Shown here in pieces: positions 37,832-47,411 of a stretch of 54,863 nucleotides of DNA (positions are counted from its first letter, which is position 1; each line of letters begins with the position of its first letter). The translations under genes were made by a program, and so were the position numbers. Under the pieces are notes generated by a model. It was not told where the DNA came from. It did not search any database and saw only the letters and a program-made list of their open reading frames with translations. Source of the DNA: a virus (taxonomy: Duplodnaviria; Caudoviricetes); the IMG/VR virus record IMGVR_UViG_3300036794_000049, positions 1 to 54,863 of that record. One strand, written 5' to 3'.

Positions 37832-38015
37832 CGCGGCCGGAAAGGGGCCGAAACCACTCGCGAAGCGCCGCAACCTCAACGCTCGCCGACTCACGTCGCA
37901 ACAGCTCGACCGCGCCGCGTCCATCTCGCCGACCGACATCGCACACGCCAAGGCCGCGTGGCGAACCGATGCCCCGTACCGGTACCGCTCACTTCTCGAC
38001 GCCCAGGAGGCATAA
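37821..38015 (+). CDS. Small hypothetical protein, paralog of the C-terminus of 39116-39991
   Basis: AASISPTDIAHAKAAWRTDAP...LLDA. Confidence 0.6.
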   Translation: MQDDAAGKGPKPLAKRRNLNARRLTSQQLDRAASISPTDIAHAKAAWRTDAPYRYRSLLDAQEA

Positions 38016-38017
38016 CG

Positions 38018-38170
38018 ATGGCACGCAAAACCGCACACCTCAAGCAATACCAGTTTCAGAAGGGCGGCGGTAAGAAGGCCAGCGGTTCGAAGGCTGGGAA
38101 GACCGGCATGCCGAACGCGCGCGCGCAGTTCGCGAAGGGTGCGCCCAAGAAGAGCGGGCGGAAGCGATGA
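38018..38170 (+). CDS. Small basic protein
   Basis: AGGAGG RBS; MARKTAHLKQYQFQKGGGKK. Confidence 0.65.
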   Translation: MARKTAHLKQYQFQKGGGKKASGSKAGKTGMPNARAQFAKGAPKKSGRKR

Positions 38171-38262
38171 ACGGGCTCTGCGTTCTCACCGAATTCGTCG
38201 CGCTGCTCGTCGGTGTGTTCATCGGGATCGTCATCGGCAAGCGCGGGAATCTGTAAGCGCCG

Positions 38263-38661
38263 ATGGCCACGACCAAGTACAAAGCTGACGCGGTCGACGA
38301 CTATTTCTATCGGCCAGCCGCTGCAGCGCCGCACCGGCCGACGTCGGTCAAGATCGCGCTCCTCACTGCAATCACGAGCGCGTGGTTAGGCACCGTCACG
38401 GAAGCCGCGTACACCGGCTATGCCGCGCAGGATGCGGCGTTCGGCACGGAAAGCACCGTCGGCGGCAACACCGAACAGGTGGCATCGTCCGCAGAGACAT
38501 ATGCGGCCGTCGCTGGCGGCGCTATCACGATCGTTGGGTACGGGCTGAAAGACGATCTCGGGAACTGGCTCGACATCACGACGTTAGGCGCTTCTGTCAC
38601 GTTTCAGAACGGTGACATCCCCATCGTCGCGTCCGGCGCTGTCACGCACGCAGAAGGCTGA
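38263..38661 (+). CDS. Putative virion protein
   Basis: Ala/Thr/Gly-rich beta-type sequence (KIAL.T...E..YTGYA.Q) resembling small fibre-associated phage proteins. Confidence 0.55.
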   Translation: MATTKYKADAVDDYFYRPAAAAPHRPTSVKIALLTAITSAWLGTVTEAAYTGYAAQDAAFGTESTVGGNTEQVASSAETYAAVAGGAITIVGYGLKDDLGNWLDITTLGASVTFQNGDIPIVASGAVTHAEG

Positions 38662-38664
38662 CCG

Positions 38665-39102
38665 GTGGCGATCGAATCACTCGGGATCACGACGACCGCG
38701 ACCGCTTCAGCGGCGGACGTGCTCGACATCGCCGCCGGCACCAACAACGCCGTGCGGCTGATGGAGCTGCACATCTACCTCAACACAGCCGTCGCCACGA
38801 AGCTCGCGCTCTTCCGCACCACTGCGTTAGGCACCCGCACGAGTCCCACCACGCTTGGCGCAGAGGACCCGAACGACGAGACGACGCCAATCTCCACGAT
38901 TGCGCTCGCATGGAGTGTGGCCGCTACCAAGGCGAGCATCGCACTCCGTCGCATTTCACTCCCCGCCACGATCGGCGCCGGCATCATCTGGACGTGGGGA
39001 CCGCGAGGACTCCTGATCCCGAAGGCTGGGAGTCTCATCCTGTCCAACACGGCTGGCGCTGTGATCGGCCTCTGCGACGTCAACGCGATCGTCGACATTT
39101 AG
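38665..39102 (+). CDS. Putative virion protein
   Basis: Ala/Thr-rich 145 aa, operonic. Confidence 0.55.
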   Translation: MAIESLGITTTATASAADVLDIAAGTNNAVRLMELHIYLNTAVATKLALFRTTALGTRTSPTTLGAEDPNDETTPISTIALAWSVAATKASIALRRISLPATIGAGIIWTWGPRGLLIPKAGSLILSNTAGAVIGLCDVNAIVDI

Positions 39103-39115
39103 CGGTTAGGCAACC

Positions 39116-39991
39116 ATGCCGATCCGCGCGCAGGTCGTCCGCGGCAATGGCCTGCCGATACAGCCGACAACGGTCACCGGGACACCATGCTCGCCGCGCA
39201 GCTCGAGCTTGGTGGCCACGTCGGCGCCAGCGGGCGGAAGCCAAATCGCAATTGCCGGTGGGGACACCAGCACCGGCACCGATACAGGCCTCCTCAATGC
39301 CGAGCGCGTCATTGCGGGGAGTGATGCGGGAGCCGGAACCGACGTTGGCGCCCTCATCGCGAAGCGCCCCATTGCGGGCGCGGACACGAGCACAGGAGCC
39401 GATGCGGGGGCACTGAACGCCAAGCGCCCGATCGCCGGCTCCGATACCGGAACCGGGGCGGACGCGGGCACGATCAGCACCAAACCTGTCATCGCGGGCG
39501 GCGATACCGGGAGCGGCATCGATGCAGGAACGCTCAACGCGAAGCGGGTCGTCACTGGCTCTGATGCTGCCGCGGCCGCGGATGCGGGTAGTCTCGCGGC
39601 GAAACGCGTTATTGCGGGCGCGGACGTCGCGACTCCCTCCGATGCGGGAACGCTCAACGCGGATCGTGCGATCGCTGGCGGCTCGTCCGGCACGGGGACC
39701 GACGCAGGCGCGATTGGCGGCGCCTCGCAGCCGGTGCAGCCATCCGGCGGTGGTGGGGGTGGTCAGCAGGGCGCGTATGAGTACGACCACGATGCGCGCG
39801 AAACAGTCAAGCGGAAGAAAGAGCGACGACGGGTCGCGGATCCGCGCCGCGACATGATCACACTTTCGCGGCGCGAGATCGAGGACGCTGCGGTCATCAC
39901 CGAGGGTGACATCGTGCGCGCGCAGAGCGCGTGGAATGACGATGCACCAGACGAATGGGTGAACCTGCTGTACGCGGGCGCTTCGCGATGA
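39116..39991 (+). CDS. Repeat protein (about eight 20-aa repeats IAGxDxxxGxDAGxLxAKRx)
   Basis: Degenerate 60-nt tandem repeats at about 39250-39720. Confidence 0.75.
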   Translation: MPIRAQVVRGNGLPIQPTTVTGTPCSPRSSSLVATSAPAGGSQIAIAGGDTSTGTDTGLLNAERVIAGSDAGAGTDVGALIAKRPIAGADTSTGADAGALNAKRPIAGSDTGTGADAGTISTKPVIAGGDTGSGIDAGTLNAKRVVTGSDAAAAADAGSLAAKRVIAGADVATPSDAGTLNADRAIAGGSSGTGTDAGAIGGASQPVQPSGGGGGGQQGAYEYDHDARETVKRKKERRRVADPRRDMITLSRREIEDAAVITEGDIVRAQSAWNDDAPDEWVNLLYAGASR

Positions 39992-40210
39992 GCTTCTACG
40001 AGCGCAACTATCCCGGCACGGTTCAATGCATTGCGTGGTGGGTCTGCCATTTCGCGAGCGAGCGGTGCCCTCGAGACGATCCTCACGGCATGGACGAATG
40101 CGGAGAATTCGATCCGCCGCGCTTCGATCCTGACCCGCCGCAACAGGGCCCATCACCGCGCCGCTCGTTCATGAATTACGAGACGATGCGACCGTGGTAT
40201 TGGGAGCAAC

Positions 40211-40822
40211 ATGACAGCGCATAACGTTGGCGGTGGCTTCGCGTGGGACGCGCGCGCGAAACAGTACCGTGGGCCCAGCGGCCGGTTCGTCTCGCGCGCG
40301 CAGATCCGGAGCGTGCTGAATCAGGCGATCGATTACCGCGCGCGCCGCATGACGGAACTCTCGCAGCAGCTCCGCGACGGCGGGATCTCGGGCGAGACCT
40401 GGTACGTCGAGATGCGGCAGCTCGTGAAGGACGTCCACCTCTACAATGCCGCGGCCGCGAAAGGCGGGTGGGCGCAGCTCGGGCCCCAGGATCACGGCCG
40501 CGTCGGTCGCATGGTGCGGGAGCAATACAAGTATCTGAACCGGTTCGCCGATCAGATTACGAAGGGGCTGCCACTCGATGGCCGGTTCATCCGCCGCACC
40601 GAGCTCTATGCGGAGGCAGGCCGCCGGACGTTCTGGGCGCTCCTCACGACCGTAATGCGCGAGACCGATGTCACGCAGGAACGGAACGTCCTCGGCGTCG
40701 CGGAGCATTGTAGCGATTGCGTTGGTGAGACCGCCCGCGGCTGGGTGCCGATCGGCGAACTCAAGCCGATTGGCACACGCGCCTGCCTCGGTGGGTGCCG
40801 GTGTTTCATCGAGTATCAGTAG
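40211..40822 (+). CDS. Minor head morphogenesis (MuF-like) protein
   Basis: C-terminal EHC.DC....GW.PIG...IG...C...CRC; located before the scaffold gene. Confidence 0.65.
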   Translation: MTAHNVGGGFAWDARAKQYRGPSGRFVSRAQIRSVLNQAIDYRARRMTELSQQLRDGGISGETWYVEMRQLVKDVHLYNAAAAKGGWAQLGPQDHGRVGRMVREQYKYLNRFADQITKGLPLDGRFIRRTELYAEAGRRTFWALLTTVMRETDVTQERNVLGVAEHCSDCVGETARGWVPIGELKPIGTRACLGGCRCFIEYQ

Positions 40823-40842
40823 CCCTCTGCAGTGCCGCCCGC

Positions 40843-40871
40843 TTGCGGGCCAGTGGGATAGCGTGTATACT
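40843..40871 (+). promoter_or_regulatory. Promoter for scaffold/capsid genes (lacks the operator motif)
   Basis: TTGCGG-17-TATACT. Confidence 0.6.
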
Positions 40872-40933
40872 CGCTCACGTAAGCCCTTGCGGATATGCCG
40901 CAAGAACGTGACACAGCCTCGGAAGGACACGCT

Positions 40934-41830
40934 ATGGCGGACGGACAGGGCGGCAACACCGGCTCGAGCGGCGGGAACGGCGGGAACACTCGCGACTCCC
41001 ACGCCGAAGCTGATGCGATGCTCCGTCGGTTCCGTGGCAGCGCCGTTCGCTCCGTCGCATACGTGCTGGATCAGCTCCACTCCGCCATCGACCGCGCCAA
41101 CAAGGCCGAGGGCGATCTCACCGAGTTGAAAAAGAAGGTTCCGGCCGATGGCGCCGTCGTCATCAACGCTGACGAAGCCAAGGAATGGGACCTCTTCAAG
41201 AAGCTCGGCAAGAAGGCGAGCGATGTTACGGAATCGCTCAAACAGTACGACACGCTTCGCGCCGAGAGCGAGAAGCGGAAGTTTGACGAGGAGGTGGCGC
41301 AAGCCGCGGAAGACCTCGAGTGGAACCCGCAGCTCCTCCCCACGCTCCTGCGTGACAAGGGGCTCACGGTTGAATCGCGCGACGTGGTCATCACGGATGA
41401 TGACGGCAAGCGTCGCAAAGTCCCACTGTTGCACGTCCGACCGGCCTCTGATGACAAAGCCCAATGGGAGCCGGTGGATGAGTATGTCGAGCGCGAGCTC
41501 AAGGGCTATCTCCCGGCGCTCCAGGCGCTGCCGGACGATCTCGGCGATGATGAGGACAGCGATGCCGAGTCTCTGGGCGGCGAGGGAGCTGAGGACATGG
41601 GGGATGAGAACGACACGCGTCAGACCGGTCGTCCGAACGCCTATGCGGCGGCACGCGGCGCTCGTCAGGCGCGGAACGGTGCACGGAATGGCACGCGCAG
41701 TGCGTCACGCAATACCGATGGCGGCGTCGAATTTCCGCCACAACGCGCACCGCGGCCGCGATCTGCTCGAGTGGATCTGGACAAGCTGATCGAAGAGAAA
41801 GCATCGAGAGGCGAGTACCACTCGTTCTAA
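40934..41830 (+). CDS. Capsid scaffolding protein
   Basis: Charged, helical and acidic; upstream of the decoration and capsid genes. Confidence 0.65.
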   Translation: MADGQGGNTGSSGGNGGNTRDSHAEADAMLRRFRGSAVRSVAYVLDQLHSAIDRANKAEGDLTELKKKVPADGAVVINADEAKEWDLFKKLGKKASDVTESLKQYDTLRAESEKRKFDEEVAQAAEDLEWNPQLLPTLLRDKGLTVESRDVVITDDDGKRRKVPLLHVRPASDDKAQWEPVDEYVERELKGYLPALQALPDDLGDDEDSDAESLGGEGAEDMGDENDTRQTGRPNAYAAARGARQARNGARNGTRSASRNTDGGVEFPPQRAPRPRSARVDLDKLIEEKASRGEYHSF

Positions 41831-42023
41831 GCACTTCAGGCACTGTAGTAACTCGCGCTCGTCGCACGACACAGCACTCTCCGTAGGACCGTCGCACTCC
41901 CGTTGAGCTCTCGCGGGACTCCGGTTCGACGCGGTTCGGGACAGCCCCGCCGCCTCCGTTCACAACACGGTCATCGAGCGGGCGCATTCGCCTAACGGGC
42001 GGCGTCCCCGGAGTGCATCCACA

Positions 42024-42437
42024 ATGGCAGTCGTCACACGCGACCCGAACGGCGTGTATATCGACACGAGCACGGCGATGTTCGCCGCGCAGATCTCGGG
42101 TCTCCTCCTCGGCGCCAACGTCAATTCCGGCGCGCCATGCTACGTCAAAGCCGCCGATGGCAACGTGTACCCGTCGGACGGTGTCGCGGCGAACGAAGCC
42201 GCGAAGTTCGATGGCTTCACGCCGCGCGCAGGCGTCGCAGGCCAGGCCATCACGCTCTTCGGCATTGGCGCGCGGTTCCACTACGCCGCCTCGGCCGGCC
42301 TGACGCCCGGTCAGGACCTCTTCATCGCGTCCGGCGGCGGTCTCGATACCGCGGCCACGACGGGCGGCGTCCGCGCAATCGCGCGCGCCATCGACGACAC
42401 CGACATCCGAGTGACCAAGAACTCGGATCAAGCCTAA
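42024..42437 (+). CDS. Head decoration/cement protein
   Basis: 137 aa, Ala/Gly-rich, immediately upstream of the major capsid gene. Confidence 0.65.
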   Translation: MAVVTRDPNGVYIDTSTAMFAAQISGLLLGANVNSGAPCYVKAADGNVYPSDGVAANEAAKFDGFTPRAGVAGQAITLFGIGARFHYAASAGLTPGQDLFIASGGGLDTAATTGGVRAIARAIDDTDIRVTKNSDQA

Positions 42438-42463
42438 CCACGCCTAACTAGGAGGGCACTGCT

Positions 42464-43534
42464 ATGGCGGGACGCACTGGTACGCATGGCATCGAAACCC
42501 TGCTAGCGGCTCGATTCACGAGCGCGGCGCGGTTCGGTCTCAACAACATCGCGGCGATTCTGGCGCGCGATCTCGCAGTCCACAACACGCTGATGCAGCA
42601 GATGTTCGACGACTTCTGCGACGTCTCAGGCGATCGTCAGCGCATCTACGGCACCAGCGATTCCGGCCAGATGAACTCGGCCGATGAGTTCTCGCGTGGA
42701 CCGACCCAGCGCCCCTCGATCGGCGTGACGGTCGCGTTCCCGTTGAAGATGTATCAGTACCAGATCGGTTGGACGCGGAAGTGGTTGCAGACGCACACGC
42801 CCGCCGACATGGCGATCGCGCAGCAGGCCGCGCAGAAGGCGCACCGGCGGAAGGTGCGGGCGGAGATCATTCGCGCGTTCCTCGCCACGGCCAACTACAC
42901 GTGGACCGACATGCTCGTCGACAACATCCAGCTCGGCGTCAAGCGCCTGCTGAATGCCGACGGTGCCGGTATCCCGGAAGGGCCGAACGGCGAAGTGTTC
43001 AACGCCGCCACCCACACCCACTACCTCGCGAACGCGGGCCTCACCGCCACGTTCGCGAACTCCGTGATCAACACGGTGGTGGAGCACGGGCTGGGCGGCG
43101 GCATGCGCGTCTACATCAATCAGGCGGATCAGGCCTCGTGGCAGGGGCTCGCGGGCTTCACCGCGTACATCGATCCGCGGTTGACGCCTGGGGTGAACGT
43201 CAATCAGGCGCTGGGCCGCCGGCTCGACATCACGCGCATGGACAACCGCCCGATCGGGATTTTCGGTGCGGCCGAGATCTGGCTCAAGCCGTGGATGCCG
43301 GCGTCCTATTTCTTCGCGTTCGACGCGACCACGGATGCAAAGCCCTGCGTCATTCGGACGCGCACTGGCGACATGACGGCCGATGGTCTCGCGATCGCGG
43401 CGGAGCTCGACGCGTACCCGCTGCACGCGACGTACATGGAGAGCGAGTTCGGCGTGGGCGTGTGGAACCGCATGAACGGCGCGGCTGGCTACACCGGCGC
43501 CGGCGCATGGGCTGATCCCACAATCACCGGCTAG
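42464..43534 (+). CDS. Major capsid protein
   Basis: 356 aa with strong AGGAGG RBS and strongly biased codons; C-terminal EFGVGVWNR; position. Confidence 0.8.
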   Translation: MAGRTGTHGIETLLAARFTSAARFGLNNIAAILARDLAVHNTLMQQMFDDFCDVSGDRQRIYGTSDSGQMNSADEFSRGPTQRPSIGVTVAFPLKMYQYQIGWTRKWLQTHTPADMAIAQQAAQKAHRRKVRAEIIRAFLATANYTWTDMLVDNIQLGVKRLLNADGAGIPEGPNGEVFNAATHTHYLANAGLTATFANSVINTVVEHGLGGGMRVYINQADQASWQGLAGFTAYIDPRLTPGVNVNQALGRRLDITRMDNRPIGIFGAAEIWLKPWMPASYFFAFDATTDAKPCVIRTRTGDMTADGLAIAAELDAYPLHATYMESEFGVGVWNRMNGAAGYTGAGAWADPTITG

Positions 43535-43625
43535 TGCTTTCCGCCTAACGGGTTCCGCACCTCATCGTGATGCGGGCCCGCTGGGCTGAGGTTTTGGATT
43601 CAGTCAACTTCAGCGGAGTTTGATC

Positions 43626-44306
43626 ATGGCGGAGAGCACGCAGAGCTCGGAAGTCTCGACGGTCACGGCGGGTCCCGGCGGCGCCGCGGGCCAGCAGACC
43701 TCGAGCGGTACGAACGCGCAGGGCGGGCAGGCCTCGACTGCGCCCGCAAACGAGCAGGTCATCGTGAGCGGCCAGCCGGTGCGGCAGCAGCTCGTTCCGG
43801 GCGGGAACATCAATCCCGTCACGGGCAAGCGCTGGGACGAGACGCATCCCGGCGGTGTGTATCTGGACGACAAGGGTCGTCCGCACGACGCACACGGCAA
43901 CGTGCTGGACCCCGAGGCGCTGAAGCAGGCGGGCGTCCATCCGGATCAGCTCGAGGCGAAGCGCAAAGAGCTCGAGAAGCGCGCTGGTGCGCAGCCGACC
44001 GATTCCGAGCGCGCCATTCGGAACATCGAGTCGCCTGTCACGTCCGCCGCGGATGTGTCGGACGATCCGAACCCCGGCCAGGGTGGCGGGGCTGGCGAGA
44101 TCCACGAGCAGTCCGCCAAGGCGGCACGCCAGTTCGTGAACGATGCCGGCGCGCCTGGCCGTCCCACCAAGGAATCGGTGGACGCCGCGAAAGAGGCGGA
44201 GCAGGCGCATAAGGACGCGCAGCGCGAGCGCGAGCAGCAACAGCAGCCCAAGCGTGGCAACAGCGGCACCGGCGGCAACGCTGGTGCGACCACCACCACT
44301 CGATAG
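43626..44306 (+). CDS. Hypothetical low-complexity protein after the capsid gene
   Basis: GGAG RBS; Gln/Gly/Ala-rich. Confidence 0.65.
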   Translation: MAESTQSSEVSTVTAGPGGAAGQQTSSGTNAQGGQASTAPANEQVIVSGQPVRQQLVPGGNINPVTGKRWDETHPGGVYLDDKGRPHDAHGNVLDPEALKQAGVHPDQLEAKRKELEKRAGAQPTDSERAIRNIESPVTSAADVSDDPNPGQGGGAGEIHEQSAKAARQFVNDAGAPGRPTKESVDAAKEAEQAHKDAQREREQQQQPKRGNSGTGGNAGATTTTR

Positions 44307-44532
44307 CCGTTAGGCCCCGATGCCTTCGCCCTGCGCTCCCGTACCTCAAGCTCCCCCGGTGGATACCAGCGACGATTACGGCCGCCCCGTCCGCGGCTGT
44401 GGTCTCGCGGGGGTACGGGAGGTCGCAGGCTACCTCGGCCTTCCCTCCAAGTCGTTCCCGAAGACGACCACCACCCCAGCCGCCGCGAGCTCCGCGACTA
44501 CGTCGCTCGGCCGTTAGGCAAGGAGGTGTTGC

Positions 44533-44940
44533 GTGGCCGTCGTTCCCGCCGATCTCATCGCACCAGCCGGCGACATCGAATCGTCGTTCTTTCCGAATGA
44601 CGATTCGAGCGCGCTCACGGTGCGCCTCCAGGGTTACATCGACGATGGCGCAGCCCGCGCCGGCACCGCCAACGTCGTGGCGGGGGAGGTCGATCGCGCC
44701 GTCACCGCGTGGAGCTATTACCGGGCGTACCGCGCGATCTGGCTCAGGCTCTCGGAAGCGCCGAGCTCCGTCTCACTGACCGATCAGGGCTCGCGGGCCC
44801 GCACGGATCAGCAGCGGGAAGCGTTCAAGCTGATGGCGGATCAAGCGTTCGCGACGTGGAACGAGTTCCTGCCGAACCCGGGCCCCGGTCCTGGTGTTCG
44901 CATCGCCGCGGGCGCGGTCCCCACGCGCTTCTCCTGGTGA
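44533..44940 (+). CDS. Head-tail adaptor
   Basis: AAGGAGGT RBS; size and position. Confidence 0.6.
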   Translation: MAVVPADLIAPAGDIESSFFPNDDSSALTVRLQGYIDDGAARAGTANVVAGEVDRAVTAWSYYRAYRAIWLRLSEAPSSVSLTDQGSRARTDQQREAFKLMADQAFATWNEFLPNPGPGPGVRIAAGAVPTRFSW

Positions 44941-44949
44941 GCGCCCGCC

Positions 44950-45396
44950 ATGGCCGGCAAGACCGAACCCCTCATCACGGCGGCGGACGTCGCGGAGCTG
45001 CGGCAGTTGAGCGAAAGCTCGATGGACTGCACGTGCGATATCCATCGGCCGAGCGAGGCCACGGCGGGTGCCGGTGGCACGATTCGCCGCAATCTCCCGG
45101 GTGCGCTGATCGCGAGCGCAGTGCCGTGCCGCTTCGCGATCATCTCCGCGGGCGAACGCCAACGGGCAGGCGAGCTCGCGGCCGATGGACAATGGACGGT
45201 GGTCCTCCCCGTCGGGACGGACGCGCGACTCGGCGATCATCTGACCGTCCACGGCACCTCGCGCGCGCTCGCAGCGGGCGCGTGGGTGGACCAGCCGTTC
45301 GCGCAGCCGATGCGCGTCAGTGGCGTCCCGTCGCCGCGCAGTTACCAAGCGCTGCTGAAGGTATTCGCGGCGCCCTTGGCGCCCTCGGAGAGTTGA
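44950..45396 (+). CDS. Head closure protein
   Basis: C.I.RP...VPCR...V.LP.GTD...GD pattern. Confidence 0.65.
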   Translation: MAGKTEPLITAADVAELRQLSESSMDCTCDIHRPSEATAGAGGTIRRNLPGALIASAVPCRFAIISAGERQRAGELAADGQWTVVLPVGTDARLGDHLTVHGTSRALAAGAWVDQPFAQPMRVSGVPSPRSYQALLKVFAAPLAPSES

Positions 45397-45398
45397 GC

Positions 45399-45818
45399 AT
45401 GGCGCGCAACGTCTTCGAGCTCAGCGTACGGAACCAAGCCGCCCTCGTGGCGAACTTCTATTCGTTCGACGTCGAGGCGAAAGAACAGATCCGCGCACTC
45501 GTCGTGCGGCAGGCCGAGAGCCTCCGGAATCTCACGATGTCGTTCGCACCCGTGGATACCGGGTACATGCGGGATCACGTGCTCGCTCGCTATGGGCCAG
45601 AGGGATTTTCGTTCGAAGTCGGCTGGGAGGCGAGCGACTTTCTCGGCGCTGGTCTGTCCTTCTACCCATTCTTCGTCGAGTACGGGACACGCTTCATGCC
45701 CGCGCAGCCGTCGTTAGGGCCCGCGTGGCGCGAAGTTGAGCCGCGGTACACGAACGCGCTCCGGTATCTCCTGCAGCAACTCGCGTACGATCACAGCGCG
45801 CGCGGGGGTGGACGATGA
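45399..45818 (+). CDS. HK97 gp10-like tail completion protein
   Basis: APVDTG.MR and FVEYGTRFMPAQP.L.PA motifs. Confidence 0.85.
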   Translation: MARNVFELSVRNQAALVANFYSFDVEAKEQIRALVVRQAESLRNLTMSFAPVDTGYMRDHVLARYGPEGFSFEVGWEASDFLGAGLSFYPFFVEYGTRFMPAQPSLGPAWREVEPRYTNALRYLLQQLAYDHSARGGGR

Positions 45819-46237
45819 GCGGCATGTGGCCGGTCCAGGAGGGGATCGTGGCGGCGCTCGCTGCGGACGCCACGTTCGTGACGCTCGCGGGCCCCGTCTT
45901 CGACAGCTTGGCGCCGCGGGACTATCCGGTCGTGAATGGTGCGCGCATCGGGTACGTGACGATGGCGGATTCCGCCGAGCAGGACATGCGGGTGTTCGCG
46001 CGGAAAGGCTACACGGATGGGGAAACGCTCAACATCTTCGCGGCGACCCGCGAGGACGTGAAACAGATCTACGCGGCGATCGAGCGCGTGCTCAACGGGC
46101 CTCGGATCGATCTGCCGGGCGGCACGCACGTGATGCTGCGCAGCGAGACGCGGCTGATCGCGTGCACACTCGACGCGGACGGTGTCACGGGGCGCGGTGT
46201 TGTGCGGTACGACTGTATCACGCAGGCGGTGGCGTGA
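45815..46237 (+). CDS. Tail terminator (DUF3168-like)
   Basis: Q..I..AL..D......VFD..P pattern; position. Confidence 0.7.
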   Translation: MSGMWPVQEGIVAALAADATFVTLAGPVFDSLAPRDYPVVNGARIGYVTMADSAEQDMRVFARKGYTDGETLNIFAATREDVKQIYAAIERVLNGPRIDLPGGTHVMLRSETRLIACTLDADGVTGRGVVRYDCITQAVA

Positions 46238-46472
46238 TGGGGGGTACGCCCCTCTCGCGCGATCGCGCGCTCGCGGGTGCGGCCCCAGCGCGCCGTGTGC
46301 CATCGCAGCTCGAGGTCATCGCGCAGCAGGCGATGGCGCTCCAGGCGCAGTGCAACGCGCTCGTCGGGATCGTGCTGGGCGCGTTGGAACAGCAAGCCCC
46401 CCAGGACGACGACACGGGACCGGTGATGCCACCGGTCTTTGGCGCTTCACGTGATGGATCGGGAGGATCAAC

Positions 46473-46976
46473 ATGACGGCTCCGAACACCGGCAACACTG
46501 GCAACGGCGGGAACGGTGGCGCACCCGTGGGTTCGGTTGCGCCTGCGGCGATCACCACGACCGCGACGCCCGCTCCAACGCCCGCTGCAGTGGCCCCAGC
46601 GCCTCAGTTTACGACCGCGCCCACTGCGTCCCCTTCGCAGGCCGGCCACAATCCCAACGTCATCGTGCCGCGCTCGCAGATGACGAAGGGACAGCAACGC
46701 GCGCTCGATCGGCATAACGCCGCGGAGATTCAGAAGCGCGATGCGACCGTAGCGGAGTATCTGCGCTCCGTGTTGCCATCCGATGAGGAACCCGTGGAAG
46801 CGTCGCCGAGCGGCGAGCAGCCGGTCGCTGAGACAGCGGCAACTCCGGAACCCTCGGAGCTCGAGCAGGTGCTCGCGAAAGAGCGCGAGGCGTTCGATCA
46901 GCAGTTCGGTGTCTCTCGCGGCGAGCGCGCGAAAGGCGAGACCGGTGGTGAGGGCACCAAAGGAGGTGCCGCATGA
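46473..46976 (+). CDS. Hypothetical Pro/Ala/Thr-rich protein
   Basis: GGAGG RBS; ATGA-coupled on both sides. Confidence 0.6.
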   Translation: MTAPNTGNTGNGGNGGAPVGSVAPAAITTTATPAPTPAAVAPAPQFTTAPTASPSQAGHNPNVIVPRSQMTKGQQRALDRHNAAEIQKRDATVAEYLRSVLPSDEEPVEASPSGEQPVAETAATPEPSELEQVLAKEREAFDQQFGVSRGERAKGETGGEGTKGGAA

Positions 46977-47392
46977 GCGCTGTCAGTGGCTCGGACTTCG
47001 TCCTCAAAGTCGAGAGTCCCGCGGGATCCGGCACCTTCATCACGGTCCAAAATTTCAACGCGTACGGCAAGCGTTCGACGCAGGCCGAGACGCGATACCC
47101 GGTCTTCGCGAACCCGGTCCCCCTGACGAATCCCGCCCCGAAAGAGCAGACGTTCACGGCGGCCGGTCTCATTGACCTCAGTGACGCTGGCCAAGCGGTG
47201 CTGCGGGCAGCCGAGGCGAACCGCACCGTGGTGCTGATCCAAGTCTTGTTCGATGGCATCAACGGGTTCAAGCAAAACGTGCGCGTTGGAAGCTTCGCCC
47301 ATGACGCACGGCCCGAATCGCTTCAGACCGTCTCGTACGAATTCACTGGCGTGGATGCAGCAGTGATCGTCGGGTCCGGGCCGATCAACTAA
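46973..47392 (+). CDS. Tail tube (major tail) protein, copy 1
   Basis: AAGGAGGT RBS; 139 aa between the terminator and chaperone genes; M.A.SG.DF.L.V start. Confidence 0.75.
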   Translation: MSAVSGSDFVLKVESPAGSGTFITVQNFNAYGKRSTQAETRYPVFANPVPLTNPAPKEQTFTAAGLIDLSDAGQAVLRAAEANRTVVLIQVLFDGINGFKQNVRVGSFAHDARPESLQTVSYEFTGVDAAVIVGSGPIN

Positions 47393-47411
47393 CGCCTAAC
47401 GGGAGCGACGC

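Noticed and set aside
39250-39720. CRISPR-like array
   Set aside because: These are degenerate in-frame 60-nt coding repeats with no constant repeat/unique spacer pattern, and no cas genes are present.
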